Below, one piece after another: positions 50,401-62,437 of a DNA stretch of 64,000 bases. Each line of letters opens with the position of its first letter. The first letter of the stretch is position 1. The notes under the pieces were generated by a model. The model worked only from the letters and a program-made list of their open reading frames with translations. It searched no databases and was not told the origin of the DNA. Both the position numbers and the translations under genes were made by a program. Origin of the DNA: Macrostomum hystrix (Eukaryota; Animalia; Platyhelminthes); NCBI GenBank assembly GCA_950097015.1, contig CATNEN010000001.1, positions 13,330,001 through 13,394,000 of the forward strand. The letters run 5' to 3'.

Positions 50401-53400
50401 GGGTGATTTGTGAGCTGAATTCATGGTAAAATTCTAGCGAAAACACTAGCTTAGAAATTGTTGTTAAAAAACAACGATTATTGAGTCATTCTTGCAATAG
50501 AAAACAACTGACTTGCCGCACCATAAGCTTCTTGACAACACTTTGAAAGTCGGAAAATGGTTGAGGCAACACGCATGCAGATTATAAAAAGCCCTTGTGA
50601 ATTATAGGGTCTGCTCAAACCTGAGGATCTGGGATAGGGTCTGCTCAAACCTGGGAATCTGGGATAGGGTCTGCTCAAACCTGAGGATCTGGGATAGGGT
50701 CTGCTCAAACCTGAGGATCTGGGATAGGGTCTGCTCAAACCTGGGAATCTGGGATAGGGTCTGCTCAAACCTGAGGATCTGGGATAGGGTCTGCTCAAAC
50801 CTGAGAATCTGGGATAGGGTCTGCTCAAACCTGAGAATCTGGGATAGGGTCTGCTCAAACCTGAGGATCTGGGATAGGGTCTGCTCAAACCTCGTTAGGA
50901 TCTGGGATAGGGTCTGCTCAAACCTGAGAATCTGGGATAGGGTCTGCTCAAACCTGAGAATCTGGGATAGGGTCTGCTCAAACCTGAGGATCTGGGATAG
51001 GGTCTGCTCAAACCTCGTTAGGATCTGGGATAGGGACTGCTCAAACCTCGTTAGGATCTGGGATAGGGACTGCTCAAACCTCGTTAGGATCTGGGATAGG
51101 GTCTGCTCAAACCTCGTTAGGATCTGGGATAGGGACTGCTCAAACCTCGTTAGGATCTGGGATAGGGTCTGCTCAAACCTCGTTAGGATCTGGGATAGGG
51201 ACTGCTCAAACCTCGTTAGGATCTGGGATAGGGACTGCTCAAACCTCGTTAGGATCTGGGATAGGGTCTGCTCAAACCTGAGGATCTGGGATAGGGTCTG
51301 CTCAAACCTGAGGATCTGGGATAGGGTCTGCTCAAACCTGAGGATCTGGGATAGGGTCTGCTCAAACCTCGTTAGGATCTGGGATAGGGACTGCTCAAAC
51401 CTCGTTAGGATCTGGGATAGGGACTGCTCAAACCTCGTTAGGATCTGGGATAGGGTCTGCTCAAACCTCGTTAGGATCTGGGATAGGGACTGCTCAAACC
51501 TCGTTAGGATCTGGGATAGGGACTGCTCAAACCTCGTTAGGATCTGGGATAGGGTCTGCTCAAACCTGAGGATCTGGGATAGGGTCTGCTCAAACCTGAG
51601 GATCTGGGATAGGGTCTGCTCAAACCTGAGGATCTGGGATAGGGACTGCTCAAACCTCGTTGGGATCTGGGATAGGGACTGCTCAAACCTCGTTAGGATC
51701 TGGGATAGGGTCTGCTCAAACCTGAGGATCTGGGATAGGGTCTGCTCAAACCTGAGGATCTGGGATGTGGCTAGTAAAATTTGAGAAGATCAGGGATAAG
51801 AACTCCAAAAAACTGAGGATCAGGGGAGTCGGTGGGTCCCCAGACACTCACAGTCTTGTCCTTTCTCTCGCAGGCAGCTCTGATGACAGCGAGCTCCTGG
51901 TCCCTCTTGAAGGCATCCTGCTGCTTGGCTCGCAGCTGTGTCTCGCACTCCTGTCGTTTCCTTCTCTCGTCGTCCAGTTCAGCCTTGAGCCGGGTGAGCT
52001 GCAGCTCGAACGCGTGCCGAACTCCGTCAGATCGATCGACAGTCTGGAGACCGTTCTGAGATGTCGGAGTGTCGCCGCCGCTACCGTCGCCTCCGCCGCC
52101 GCCGCCGCTAAGTCGCCGATGCAAGCTCCGCCTGACTCGCTCGATGGTCTCAACGCTGATGGCTGTTTGGCCGCCAGCGCTGGCGCCGCCAACGGACGAA
52201 ATTCCCGATCTGTGGACGTCGTTGGCTTTTCTTAGAAAATTCTTAGAAATTCGATTGTAGAACAGAAGAAGAAATAACACACCTGTCAGCTGATGATGCT
52301 TGCTGAGCATGCTGCTGTGACTGGACGCTAAACTGGTAGTACGCTGACTGCGGCTGCGAATTCATCACTGGAGGTCGATTGACTGCGGAGGTGGAGGCGC
52401 CCGACGAGGCGAAGGGCTGGTAATGGTACTTCGAAGTTGCCGCATGTTGCGACTGCCCGGTGTATTGGCTGGCGAGATGACTTGGGCCGCCATTGCTACT
52501 GTTGTTGCTGGTTCTGCGAAAGAGTTTCGTTTGGGGCAAAGTGGATTGCTAGCCTATTCTCATAATCAAAGCAAAGCAAAGCAGCCTCACAAGTTGCCTC
52601 TGTTGTCCGTGAGCCTAGACGCGCTGCCGCTTCGATAAATGGCAGAATTAGTCGCGGCAGTTGAGCTGACTGACTGACCTGAGGTAATTCTGAAAAAAAT
52701 AAACTGTTTGGGATAAAACTAGCACTTGCAGGGGCTGCTGGCAATGGCACATCATTTGCTACTAGACCCGTAGCCAACGATGATGCAGTTCTGCCCATTC
52801 CTGAGCACACACGCGCACAGATACTGTACGCAGGCACACGCTCACACAGGTGTGTACATCTGCCCTGACTTTCTCATCGTCAGGCAGTGTGCACTCTCCG
52901 CCTTGGAGGTTGGCCCTCAAGGGCGTAAATTGCACAACAAGCCCCCAAGCCTTCTCTCCGCGGCTGCGCCGCAAATAAATGTGGCCTCGCCGCTGAATCG
53001 AGCTCAAGACCTTGGTGCGCTAAACTGGGACCCCAAGCCTTAGTAGAACAGATCAGATATAAATATATTCACTAACAAGCTGGAGCCATTGTGTCCAGCT
53101 GCAGCGGCCCCACTGTTCGCCAGACCATCGTGATACAATGAGCCGGGTCTGACGCCCCCGCCGCTACCGAAGCTGAAACTGAAACCTGCTCGATGATGAT
53201 TCGCGCTAGCTGCTGCTGCTGTTGTCGTAGAAGGTGCATACAGAGGCGGCTTGCCAGACAGCGACAGTGACAACGGCGGCCTGCTTGATGCCGACGTTCT
53301 TGCATCGTCAATGACAGCGGGCAGGCGGGAGGCGGTGCTGAAATCGCTGTAGGCGGCCTCGCTGCGCTCAGTGAGTTCAGCTGTCTGGGCTAGCAGGGGA

Positions 53401-53450
53401 TCAAGGCCTTCGAGCAGGTCGTCTGTTTTGTCCGAGCCGTGCAGGGACAT
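44466..53450 (-). CDS. CNTROB: Centrobin-like coiled-coil protein, 6 exons, ~1172 aa
   Basis: Exons 53450-53077, 52513-52283, 52230-51852, 48836-48306, 47511-47204, 46161-44466 (3519 nt; phases 2,2,0,0,2 match; an alternative acceptor near 46135 is possible but unverified). The spliced segment LDDERRKRQECETQ...QELAVIRAACERKDKT|IHQLEE...RRDAERE matches my recall of the centrobin block (LDSE..RRKHCE...QQLAVAVAADRKKD.MIEQLD...RHEAERTE). SVMQGQCNDALTIL resembles SMLQAHWDEANQLL. Gene structure is more certain than the name. Confidence 0.75.
45080..45489 (-). repeat. Coding 30-bp repeat (YDPPMTQASK, ~13 copies) in the last centrobin-like exon
   Basis: In frame within the 552-aa ORF 44466-46124. 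Confidence 0.9.
46396..47163. repeat. 20/21-bp minisatellite in centrobin-like intron 5
   Basis: Unit GTGCCATTTTGAATCTCTAA. Confidence 0.94.
47655..48303. repeat. 30-bp minisatellite in centrobin-like intron 4
   Basis: Unit CCCATCCCTAAAGTTCCAGATCCCAAGAAT; abuts the splice donor at 48305. Confidence 0.92.
48833..49988. repeat. 37-bp minisatellite (~31 copies) overlapping the acceptor of centrobin-like exon 4
   Basis: Minus-strand unit GCTAATCCTTTCCCGCTCGCCAAATCCCAGATCCATC. Confidence 0.95.
50605..51766. repeat. 30/33-bp minisatellite in centrobin-like intron 3 (plus a short 21-bp array at ~50094-50250)
   Basis: Unit TGGGATAGGGTCTGCTCAAACCT(GA/CGTTA)GGATC. Confidence 0.95.
52791..53020 (-). 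mobile_element. Second copy of the SINE-like repeat, 5'-truncated, in centrobin-like intron 1
   Basis: Shares GGTGTGTACATCTGCCCT, CCTTGGAGGTTGGCCCTCAAGGGCG, CCAAGCCTTCTCTCCGCGGCTGCGCC and AATGTGGCCTCGCCGC with 21690-21880. Confidence 0.8.
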
Positions 53451-54899
53451 TGTGTCGAATGAACTGCAACTGGATGTTCAACAATAGCATTTTATGCTTC
53501 CAATAGCAATTAGAAATGAGAAACTAAATAATAAGAATAAAAACTAAATTTAGGGTTTTAAAATACCTAGAGTTTATAGATCATGATAAAAATATATAAA
53601 ATACATTGTTTTTAATTCTAAAGTTTTAGTTTACTCATTATTTTGTAGTATAAATACTAAGCAACCTTAGTATGACTGTCTGCAATCCCTATTTAACTTA
53701 TAGTTTCTATAGTAGCAATTCTTAACTTCACCTTTAAAAAACATAAACGTGTTTTATTCATAGCAAAGGAAGGAAATGAGTTCACCTCATGGCAAAAGGA
53801 ATTTTACCAATAAGTTTAGCATATTAAACATTAAGAAAACTAGTGGCTAGTAAATTAAAAAGAAAAATACATTTTTATATAATTTAACATCTAAATACTT
53901 GAGACCTATAAAATAAAGCCAATTATGCTAACCATAAAATAGTAGATAGTCCAAAATAATATACTTTCTACAGACAGCTGTGTGCTGTAACAAAACTACG
54001 AATTTGATCACAAGGCTTGACTTTCCAAACTTGTCTGAGACCTGCTGAAATTTACTTATAGAATTAAAAAACTTAGATTAGATGTCATTTGCTTTTTTGA
54101 AATAAAAAATATTATGATACTTAGTAATTGTGTTAAATGTATTAATAAAAATAAATATATATTAGCACCATACTCTTAGATAAAAACGCTTTTAATAGTT
54201 TAAACAGACTTTTTATAGTTTAACTTATTTCCTTCATTTGCTATGAATAAAACCCCTTTATGTTGTTTAAAGTTAATGTTAAATTTTATAAAATAGAAAG
54301 TTTATTTTAGGAGAAAAAAAACAAAAAAACTTAAAATAATAAGTAGGATTCACACAATGTTATACTGAGTTTTAACTTAACTTGCTTTACCTTTAGTAAC
54401 GATCTTCAAAGAAAAATGTGAGGAATTGCGAAACTGAAACATGGTTATTTAAACAAGATACGCAATGTATAACAAACAAAGCAGAATTTAGTAAAACTTT
54501 TTGGACTAAGTGCACTAATAATGAATACAAATATAACATTCAAATTAAATCAAAATTAATGAATTCTGTGTAAAGCATAAAACGCCTCGCCTCAAAACTG
54601 GGATCTTACGGTATACAAAAATACCTGCAATTCTCAAAAATGCCAAGGCCAAAATTACATGACAGATAATGCATACAAAAATTATTTAAAGAAATGTGCG
54701 TAAAAAGTAGCGTTTCCTGTTTAATAGTTCCTCTCAGTAGTTAACACCTATTAAGTTATGAACTTTTAAAGATGCAGATATAAAATAGCTACGTCTAATA
54801 TAGCTTTTTGCGTTCTAGTTTGAAAAGCGGCCCTTTTAATTTTGACACAGAGTTGAGCCAAGGACCACTAGAAGAAGAAAATGTGAGGAGAAAAAAAAC

Positions 54900-57048
54900 G
54901 TCTGGAGAAAGAAGGCCGGCTTAGTGATTGCCAGGCCGGATTCAGAGCTGGGAGGTCCACGGAAGACCAACGGCTCAGGCTATAGCGCAGGACGCAGACG
55001 ACGGCTTCCAGAGCAAACTATGCACGCTCCTGCTGCTGGTGGATTTTGAGCAAGCGTTTGATAAGGTGCTCAGAACGGGCGATATGAAAAATCTGGTTGA
55101 GAAAGGAGTCGGCAGAATGACGATCAGATGGATTCAAACCTGGCTCAGAAGTAGGTCGGTCAAAGTCTGCTACAACGGAAAGGATAGTAAGGAGAAGCGC
55201 TTCGAGCAAGGGCTACCCCAAGGCTCAGTCCTTTCGCTTAAGTCCTGTTCCTGGTCTACATCGACGATCTGCTGGAAGGTCTAAGCAAGATTGAGGGAGT
55301 GAAGGTCAACGGATTCACCGATGACCTCGCCATCTGGACATCAGGGCAGGACGACCAAATAAAAGAGAGCATGGAAAGGGCCATTAAGTTCACAGAAGAA
55401 GCAAGAAGTGGATGATGCCGGTCTCTGTAGGGAAATGCTCCCTCACCCTTTCATCGAGGAGGAGAACCAAGAGCAGCACCGAGGACCACACATTTCGGCT
55501 GAACACCAGCGCCATCAGATGGACCTCGTCGGCTAAATTCCTGGGGCTCACCTTCGATAGAACGCTGCGGTTCGAGGAGCACGTCAACAACCTCAGGGAA
55601 GCCGGCATGAAAAATATCAACATCCTTAGGAAGCTAGCCGGCAGCGACTGGGGGTGGAGCCTGAAGCTTGTGAGAATCACCTACATGGCTCTCACCAGAA
55701 GCAAAATTCTATACGGCGCCCCGGCGTGGATGCCGTGGATCTCGGAAGCGTGTTGGCACAAGCTCGAGGTGGTCCAGCGTGCGGCGGCCAGGGTGATCAC
55801 TGGGCTCACCGCCACGACCCGGGTGGAAGCGCTTGAAGCAGAAAGCGGGCTCGAGCCGCTAGAGACCTGCAGCAAAGCCAGGTGGGCTGAGAAATTTGAC
55901 CGGATGAGAAGGCTGCCAGTAGGATGCATCAGGAGAAAGCTGACTGAGGACGGGCCGGGGCAAAGGTTAGAGCAACGCGGATGGAGAGCCAGAGCAAAGG
56001 AGCTGCAAGCCGAGCACGGGATGCTGGATGTGCTGGTGGAAGAAGATGAGACGAGGAGCAGACCGCCCCCATGGACAAAAGAGGCTTTGGGATCAGCTCT
56101 GAAGGGTATCGCAAAGGCACGGCAGCGGAGAAAAAGGAGCTAGCTGAAAGTATCATAGAGAAGGCGGCAGAGGCAGACGGACGATAATTTACACGGATGG
56201 CTCGTCAGCGAAGATGGCAAAGGGGGGGGGGCGGGGCCATCGTGACTACCAGAAGCTCGGTTGGCTGGAACACAACGACTAACATCAAAGTTAACGCTGG
56301 CAAGCCTTGCAGCTCGCTCCAAGCTGAACTGAGAGCGCTGCTGGCCGCGTCGGTCTGGATCCGCGACCATGGTGAGAGCCAGACCGTCTGTGTCGCGACG
56401 GACAGTAAGAGCAGCCTCCAACTTATTGAAAATAGCAAGGCCAAGGCCTAACGGTTGGCCTTGCGGTTTCTAGTAGATGCAACACACTACTCACTTATTT
56501 GATATCATCAAAAACCTGCAGATGGCCAGTGGGAAGGGCACTGTGATCTCGCTTTGCTGGATGCCGGCCCACTGTGGCTTGGCTGGCAACGACGAGGCGG
56601 ACGCGGTGGCCAAGGATGGGGCGCTGGAACCGGCTGGTGTGCTCGCCAACCCGGTGAAAAGGCCGTGATGCGGAATCTTGTCAGAGAGCAGAAGTGGAGA
56701 CACAACCGCAGCGGAGAGACGTACAGCAAGGGACCGAGGGAACAGTGGAAGGAAGAAGGCAGCAGCCGCAGCGAAGCTGTCAGCTTCAGGAGGTTTCGAG
56801 CTGGACATTCGTTGGAGTTCAATCAGTATCGGGCAAGGATCGGAAAGCAGAAAGACGCCCGCTGCAGGCTGTGTGAGGAAGAGGAGGAAAGCAACAGTCA
56901 CCTGATGGAGTGCCCCGCCACCAGGAGCAAGAGAGTGGAGCTCGACCTTGAAGGCCTGTCAGATCTCTGGTGTAAACCCGGAGCGGCCATGAGGTTCTGG
57001 CACTGGGTGAAGGAGAGATGGAAGCGCGCCGAATTACTTCTAGTATAG
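54900..57048 (+). mobile_element. Decayed 5'-truncated non-LTR retrotransposon (RT, RNase H, CCHC knuckle; I-group-like)
   Basis: DFEQAFDKV, GLPQGSVLS, YIDD, FTDDL, KFLGLTFD; RNase H IYTDGS, AELRAL, TDSKS, WMPAHCGLAGNDEAD; CRLC..HLMEC. Several frameshifts and stops. Confidence 0.9.
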
Positions 57049-57216
57049 CACACACACACACGCAACAGCAGCAGCATCAGCAGCATCAGCATCATGCAGC
57101 AGCAGCATCAGCAGCAGCAGCAGCATCAGCAGCAGCATCAGCAGCATCAGCATCATGCAGCAGCAGCATCAGCAGCAGCAGCAGCATCAGCAGCAGCATC
57201 AGCAGCAGCATCAGCA
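57049..57216. repeat. (CA)n plus (CAG/CAT)n microsatellite (second tract at 58443-58510)
   Basis: Visible directly after the 3' ends of retroelements. Confidence 0.95.
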
Positions 57217-58442
57217 CCGACACTTGTCAGCATCTGACAAGACCCGGTGGACCGACGTCGCGAAGCTGCGGAGGCAACACTGGCACAGCTCGCACCAGTG
57301 GACTGCACTATATGGACCGACGGCTCGGCAAACCCGATGGTACGGCGGCTGGAGGCGGAGCTAGCATCCCCCCTGAAAACTACCCGACTCTCTGCGACAC
57401 TATCTGCGTCCCGGCCGGTCAATGGAGCAGCAGCACCAACGCAGATTGGTGGCCATCGAAGCGGCGCTAACCCGCATCGGCACGCTCCTCAGAACGGCAG
57501 GTAACCCAGCCGTCAAGGTTCGCCTTTGCACCGACTCCCGCTCTGGTCTCCAGACTATCCTTAGAGGCCCACACTGCGCGTCCGACGACCTAACCCGCAG
57601 TATTTGGCTGGCCATATCGCAGCTACCAGAGGAAACCGCTTTGCATCTCCAATGGGTGTTCAGCAGACTATAAGATAAATTAAGGCTTCAACAACGATGA
57701 CTCGTAAATTTGTTAAGTGACTATAATCTGCCACAACAACGCTGAGCGCGAAAAACAACTCCTTAACTATTATAAGTTAACATTCCACATTTATTAAAGC
57801 TCCAGTGCGGCCAACCTCAAATCAAAAATGGGGCGGGGCAGGCGGGGTAGGCTGACTGATGGACTTGCGTACATATACAGTACAAAAGAGGGAAAAGCCT
57901 TCACAACAATGGGTTCCCGGCTATGCGGGAATCGAAGGGAACAAAGCGGCGGACGCCCTCGCCGGCCCGGCGGCGGAGCTCGAGCAGCAGACGGTCCCCA
58001 TCATTCCCGCTGCCGCCCGCACCGCCATAAATAGTATCATCCGGGACTGGCGCCGACCTCGCAACAGCGCGCACCCATTCCCGTCACCGACACCTGGCCA
58101 TGACGCCCTACACCGCTGGGGCCAAGTGACGGTGAGCCAAATCCGCGTCCAGTGCTTATCCCTGACGCGCGACAGTCTCGTTTCGGCTTGGCCGCGGACA
58201 ACCGCTGCACTGTCTGCGGACAGCCGGACTCCATCGAGCGCCTCATGCTCGACTTCCCAGGCCACCACCAGGCCCGCATCCTTACCTGGGGCGGCGCCAT
58301 CCTTACCTGGACCGACGTGCTGGGAGGCGACGGCAGCCTCATTTGTGACTACCTCCGTAGGGTGGGCCGGACGGAGCCCCCCCATTGACGACCCTGGAGG
58401 CTACACGGCCCCGCCGTGTGAGGTGAAGAAGAAGAAAAAAAA
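57217..58442 (+). mobile_element. Decayed 3' fragment of a second non-LTR element (RNase H plus degenerate knuckle)
   Basis: IWTDGS, CTDSRS, HLQWV|PGYAGIEGNKAADALA (split by an insertion), CTVC; tail (GAA)n plus A run. Confidence 0.85.
57657..57908. mobile_element. Solo LTR (252 bp)
   Basis: TGTT...AACA termini with a 5-bp target-site duplication ATGGG (57652-57656 and 57909-57913). Removing it restores CAA TGG GTT CCC GGC (QWVPG). Confidence 0.8.
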
Positions 58443-58511
58443 GCAGCAGCAGCAGCATGAGCAGAAGCATCAGCAGCAGCAGCATCAGCATCAGTAGCAG
58501 CAGCAGCAGCG

Positions 58512-60080
58512 CTCAGTCCTCATCTTTAACATCAGCTTCTGCACGGCCCAGTGCGCCCAAGTCTGGCGCAAAGCCACTATCATTCCGCTCCTCAAGAAGG
58601 GAAAGCCAGCTAGCGACACCCCCTCTTATCGGCCAGTGAGCCTGACCTCGTGTATCATCAAGCTCCTGGAACGCATAATCACCAACAGGCTTTACTACCT
58701 AGCCGAGTCGCGAGGCTGGCTTTCCAATTCTCAGGCTGGCTTCCGCATGTACCACAGCTGCGAGGACCAACTTATTTCTGCTGTCCAAGCAATCAGCGAC
58801 GGCTTCCAGCACGAGCCTGCGCTGCACTCGGTCATGGCCCTGCTTGACTTTAGCAAGGCCTTTGACAAGATCTGGCGCGAGCGTCTTCTTTGCACCATGG
58901 CTGAAAAGGGAGTCCCACTTCCCTTCATCCGCTGGACAAACGCATTCTTACAGAACCGCCAAGCTCGAGTCTGCTTCCAGGGCGAACACAGCCGCTACCA
59001 CTCCATGCGCCAAGGTCTGCCGCAAGGAAGCGTCCTAGCCCCACTGCTCTTCGTTATTTTCATATTTTCACTACGCTGCGCCCGCCTGGCACCCTTGGCT
59101 GAGCGACAGCTCCATGAACTGCCTTCAACGCTTCAACGTGCCCAAAACACGGCTTTGCGCCTGGTCACTGGCCAATACCGCTCCTCCCCGCTGGATTCTA
59201 TCCACTGCCAGCGACCAACTCTGCCTCTCAGCTTACGAGAAAGCTCTCAGGCTTCCCGTCACGCATCCACGCCACATCGCTGCGACCAACCCGACCGTCA
59301 GGCATCGCACCTCTCGCAGCAGCTGGCGCCACAGTGCCGAATTCCTGAGTCGCCGCGTCCACACGCAGCCGCAGCCCGCACTGCCTGCTTGCCCCTGGCA
59401 GACTGCCTCCCGCGACATTCATTGCGACCTGCTGCGTCCGATCAACAAGAACGAATTAAGGCCCTCGATGGGATCAAATCTCAGCTGCCCGTGGACTCCA
59501 TCCTCATCTGCTCGGACAGCCAGGCCCTGCTTTCGACCATGCTGGCGGGTCCCTCGCACCGCACCACTCTTCCGGACTGACCTCAACATCCGCACGTTAC
59601 TCTGCAATGGATTCCAGGCCACTGCGAAATCCCTGGCAACGAGTTGGCGGATCAGCTAGCCAAAGCGGCCTCCGTCGCTCCATCCGCCCCAGGACCGGTC
59701 AGCTATCGGAGCGCCGTCGCCACCATCCGGCGCGACATCGCCGACCCCCCGATTTCGCACCTCCGCACCACCGCAGTTTCCCGTCAGTTCAACCGGAAGC
59801 TAGACGCGCCTCTCGCCTCTCGCCAAGACGCCACGATGCTTGCCAGGCTGCGCTCCGGACACTATGCTCCTCCGGGCTTACCGCGCTTCCATCGAACCAG
59901 GCGTCGATTTTACATGTACTCACTGCGAGCTCGAGCCAGAGGACCTGGAGCACTGGCTCATCTGCCCAGCCCTGCGCACAGTGCGCCTGGAATGCCTTGA
60001 CGAAGACCTTGTCGACCTTGACATCCTGACTGCCAACCCCCTCGGTGTGGTGGCGCTAGCTCGGAGGAGCTTGCTAAAGC
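58512..60080 (+). mobile_element. Third decayed non-LTR element with internal deletions
   Basis: WRKATIIPLLKKGK, YRPVSLTSCIIKLLERII, QAGFR, DFSKAFD, GLPQGSVLAP (YADD region deleted); RNase H SDSQA, QWIPGHCEIPGNELAD; CTHC..EHWLIC. Confidence 0.9.
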
Positions 60081-60835
60081 AAAAAGGCTGTAGCAGGAAA
60101 CGAGTTTAGGGGGCGAATTCTTGCTGAAGAATTGAGCTATTAAATATTTGCTATTTTAGCATTATTGAGCAATCAACTGTAACGTATATTATTTAGGCTT
60201 ATAAAATGCCTAATAAATAGAGTGCAATAATTAGGTACTGTCAGCAGTAGAGCAGTAAAAAACATTTTTTTGCATTGATGCTGGGACAAATATTATAATC
60301 TGAGACTACAAAAAGTAGGTAACACAGGAAGCGAATCGTCCCGCAATAGCTGGGTAGAAAAAATAAATCAAAAAGAGATTGCAGATTATTGAGGAAAAAT
60401 CGGATTGCCAAGCTGTCTAGCTTGGGAGATTCTGCCAGATGGGAAAAAGTTTTGCGAATGAGAATGGGTAAATAGTCAGCTCACTGGTGCAATATGCAAC
60501 TTGCTGTTTGCGCTGCATTAGAAAAGTTAACATCTGGGCTGCTTATTGACAAAACCAAGGCGGCTACATAGCGGAATACTCGGCAGGCTTGGTAAAGAAC
60601 AACTACTCCCTGCACACTATTTATAGTAACGGATTCCGCAATTATTCATAGGCTTACGTCGGCTTTCCATAAAATATGAAAATGTTTAAACAAGTTCTTT
60701 CTAAATTTCTTTAATTCCTACGAGTATTTACGAGCGTAAGAATGACTTTGTTTCAGAAAATCAGTTGGAAGTTGGCTATGACAACGAGTCCAGTTTTTTT
60801 CGAGCTGGGAAAACTCATCGGTTGAGTCGTTCAGT

Positions 60836-62196
60836 TTACATGGGTAACCGAGCGCTGGAAATGCGTTTTCCAACGAATCCGATCTCCTGGGCAGATTCCA
60901 GCGAGTCAGCCAGGTGGAAAATGAGGCTTGTGGAATATCTATTGTACATATCTTGTAATATCAAAGACGGCATTGTAACAGGCGAGCCGCGAGCGGATTG
61001 CTCAGCGCACAAGCAAACTGGGACAGGCAGTATAGCGAGGCGACAGAAGAAACAGCGCATAGCAACGGCTAGGATACACACCCAGCCACACACAGACACC
61101 CACTCTATCTATCTATTTGCAGGGGGCCCGGGGCACTTGTCGCACAAGCGACGGAGCGGCACGCCCCCAGACCGGCGAACTAGGCGCTTAGCGCCCATCG
61201 CGCCGCCTCCCCTGAGCAGGCGCCACACACAGCAGCACAGACCAGCCGGGGAGGGCAGGAGGCACCCAGAATAGGCAGCAGTGCCCCCCAACCCAGCCCC
61301 ACACGCACAGAGCAGGAAGGCTGATAAGAAATCAGTCCTCAGGGGGGGCCGGGTGATCGTACACTTTGTACACTTATCCAATCGCGCTGACGGAAATCCA
61401 GAAAGCGCGCGCGGTGTACACCCGCCCCGAGCCACCCCCCGCAAGGCCTCACGCCCCAGCGACAACGCACGCAACTCACACAACGCAGAACAGGCACACA
61501 GAAGGTAGGAGCGAAGCTATTATTTCAAGCTTTGATTGCACGAAAAATGGTGCACCTCCGCCGGTCGCTACTGTCCAAACCCCCCCAACAAGTCCCGAAA
61601 TTAATCGTGACTTGAAGGGAGATTCGAACTAGCGTCCATTGGAGTGCGAGGCAGCGACGTTAGCCGCTGACCCACTCGCCCACCACAGAAACCCACACAC
61701 AAACTCACTCACACGCGCACCCACACACCCTCAGACACCCACACACACACACACCCACACACCCTCAGACACCCACACACACACACACCCACACACCCTC
61801 AGACACCCACACACCCTCAGACACCCACACACACACACACCCACACACCCTCAGACACCCACACACCCTCAGACACCCACACCCACCGACACGTCCACAC
61901 AACCCAGACAACCCACACACACAACCCACATAATTAATTGTTCCTAAGTTAGAAAGTGAAGTGATGGTTCCAGATGATTAAATCAAGGGTACTGTGGGTT
62001 CCAGATGATTAAATCAAGGGTACTGAAGGCTCCAAATGATACTATGGACACACAGTCAAAACAGCGAAAAAAGCAGAGCCCAAGTCAGAGGTCCGGGTAG
62101 TTCTCAGCTCGGGCAGCTCACAACTTATGAAGGCGGTCCGCATCTTCGGATCTGAGGTGTTGCCGCCCATGAAGGAGCCGTCCTCCTCGTAGCAGC
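60836..62196 (-). CDS. Possible two 3' exons of an unknown gene starting right of the window
   Basis: cttcttgcag|62196-62122|gtgag (CYEEDGSFMGGNTSDPKMRTAFIS) and cctgtcccag|61017-60836 stop join in phase 1. No recognisable motif. Confidence 0.3.
61600..61685 (-). mobile_element. tRNA-like SINE head
   Basis: Minus strand GGGCGAG-TGGGTCAGCGG ... GTTCGAATC (A and B boxes); same GGGCGAGTGG start as the 21920 element. Confidence 0.5.
61690..61925. repeat. CA-rich compound repeat
   Basis: Variants of CACCCACACACCCTCAGA. Confidence 0.9.
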
Positions 62197-62437
62197 CTGC
62201 AAGAAGTCGCAGGGTGCGTGGGGAGGGGGTAAGCTAATAAGCAGTTTTATAATAAAGTACAACTACTAAGTGGCCTGTACACATGAAATCCCCAGTGTGA
62301 AACTGATGCACAGTGGCAAGTTTAAACTAAACTGGCGGTAGAGGCGGCCACTAAGCCGCCCAATTGTAATTGTTGACAGTTTGATTGATATTGTGGAAAA
62401 CCAACTGGGCCAGGGTGCGAAGGTTCTGAAGGTTCCA

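Noticed and set aside
1883-51784. Long periodic ORFs ([43 protein letters not shown] and others)
   Set aside because: By-products of stop-free minisatellite frames inside introns or transposons, open in several frames and on both strands.
54928-59580. Active reverse transcriptase system (retron, DGR or intact LINE)
   Set aside because: Frameshifts, stops, deletions and no endonuclease or ORF1; these are ordinary decayed non-LTR copies.
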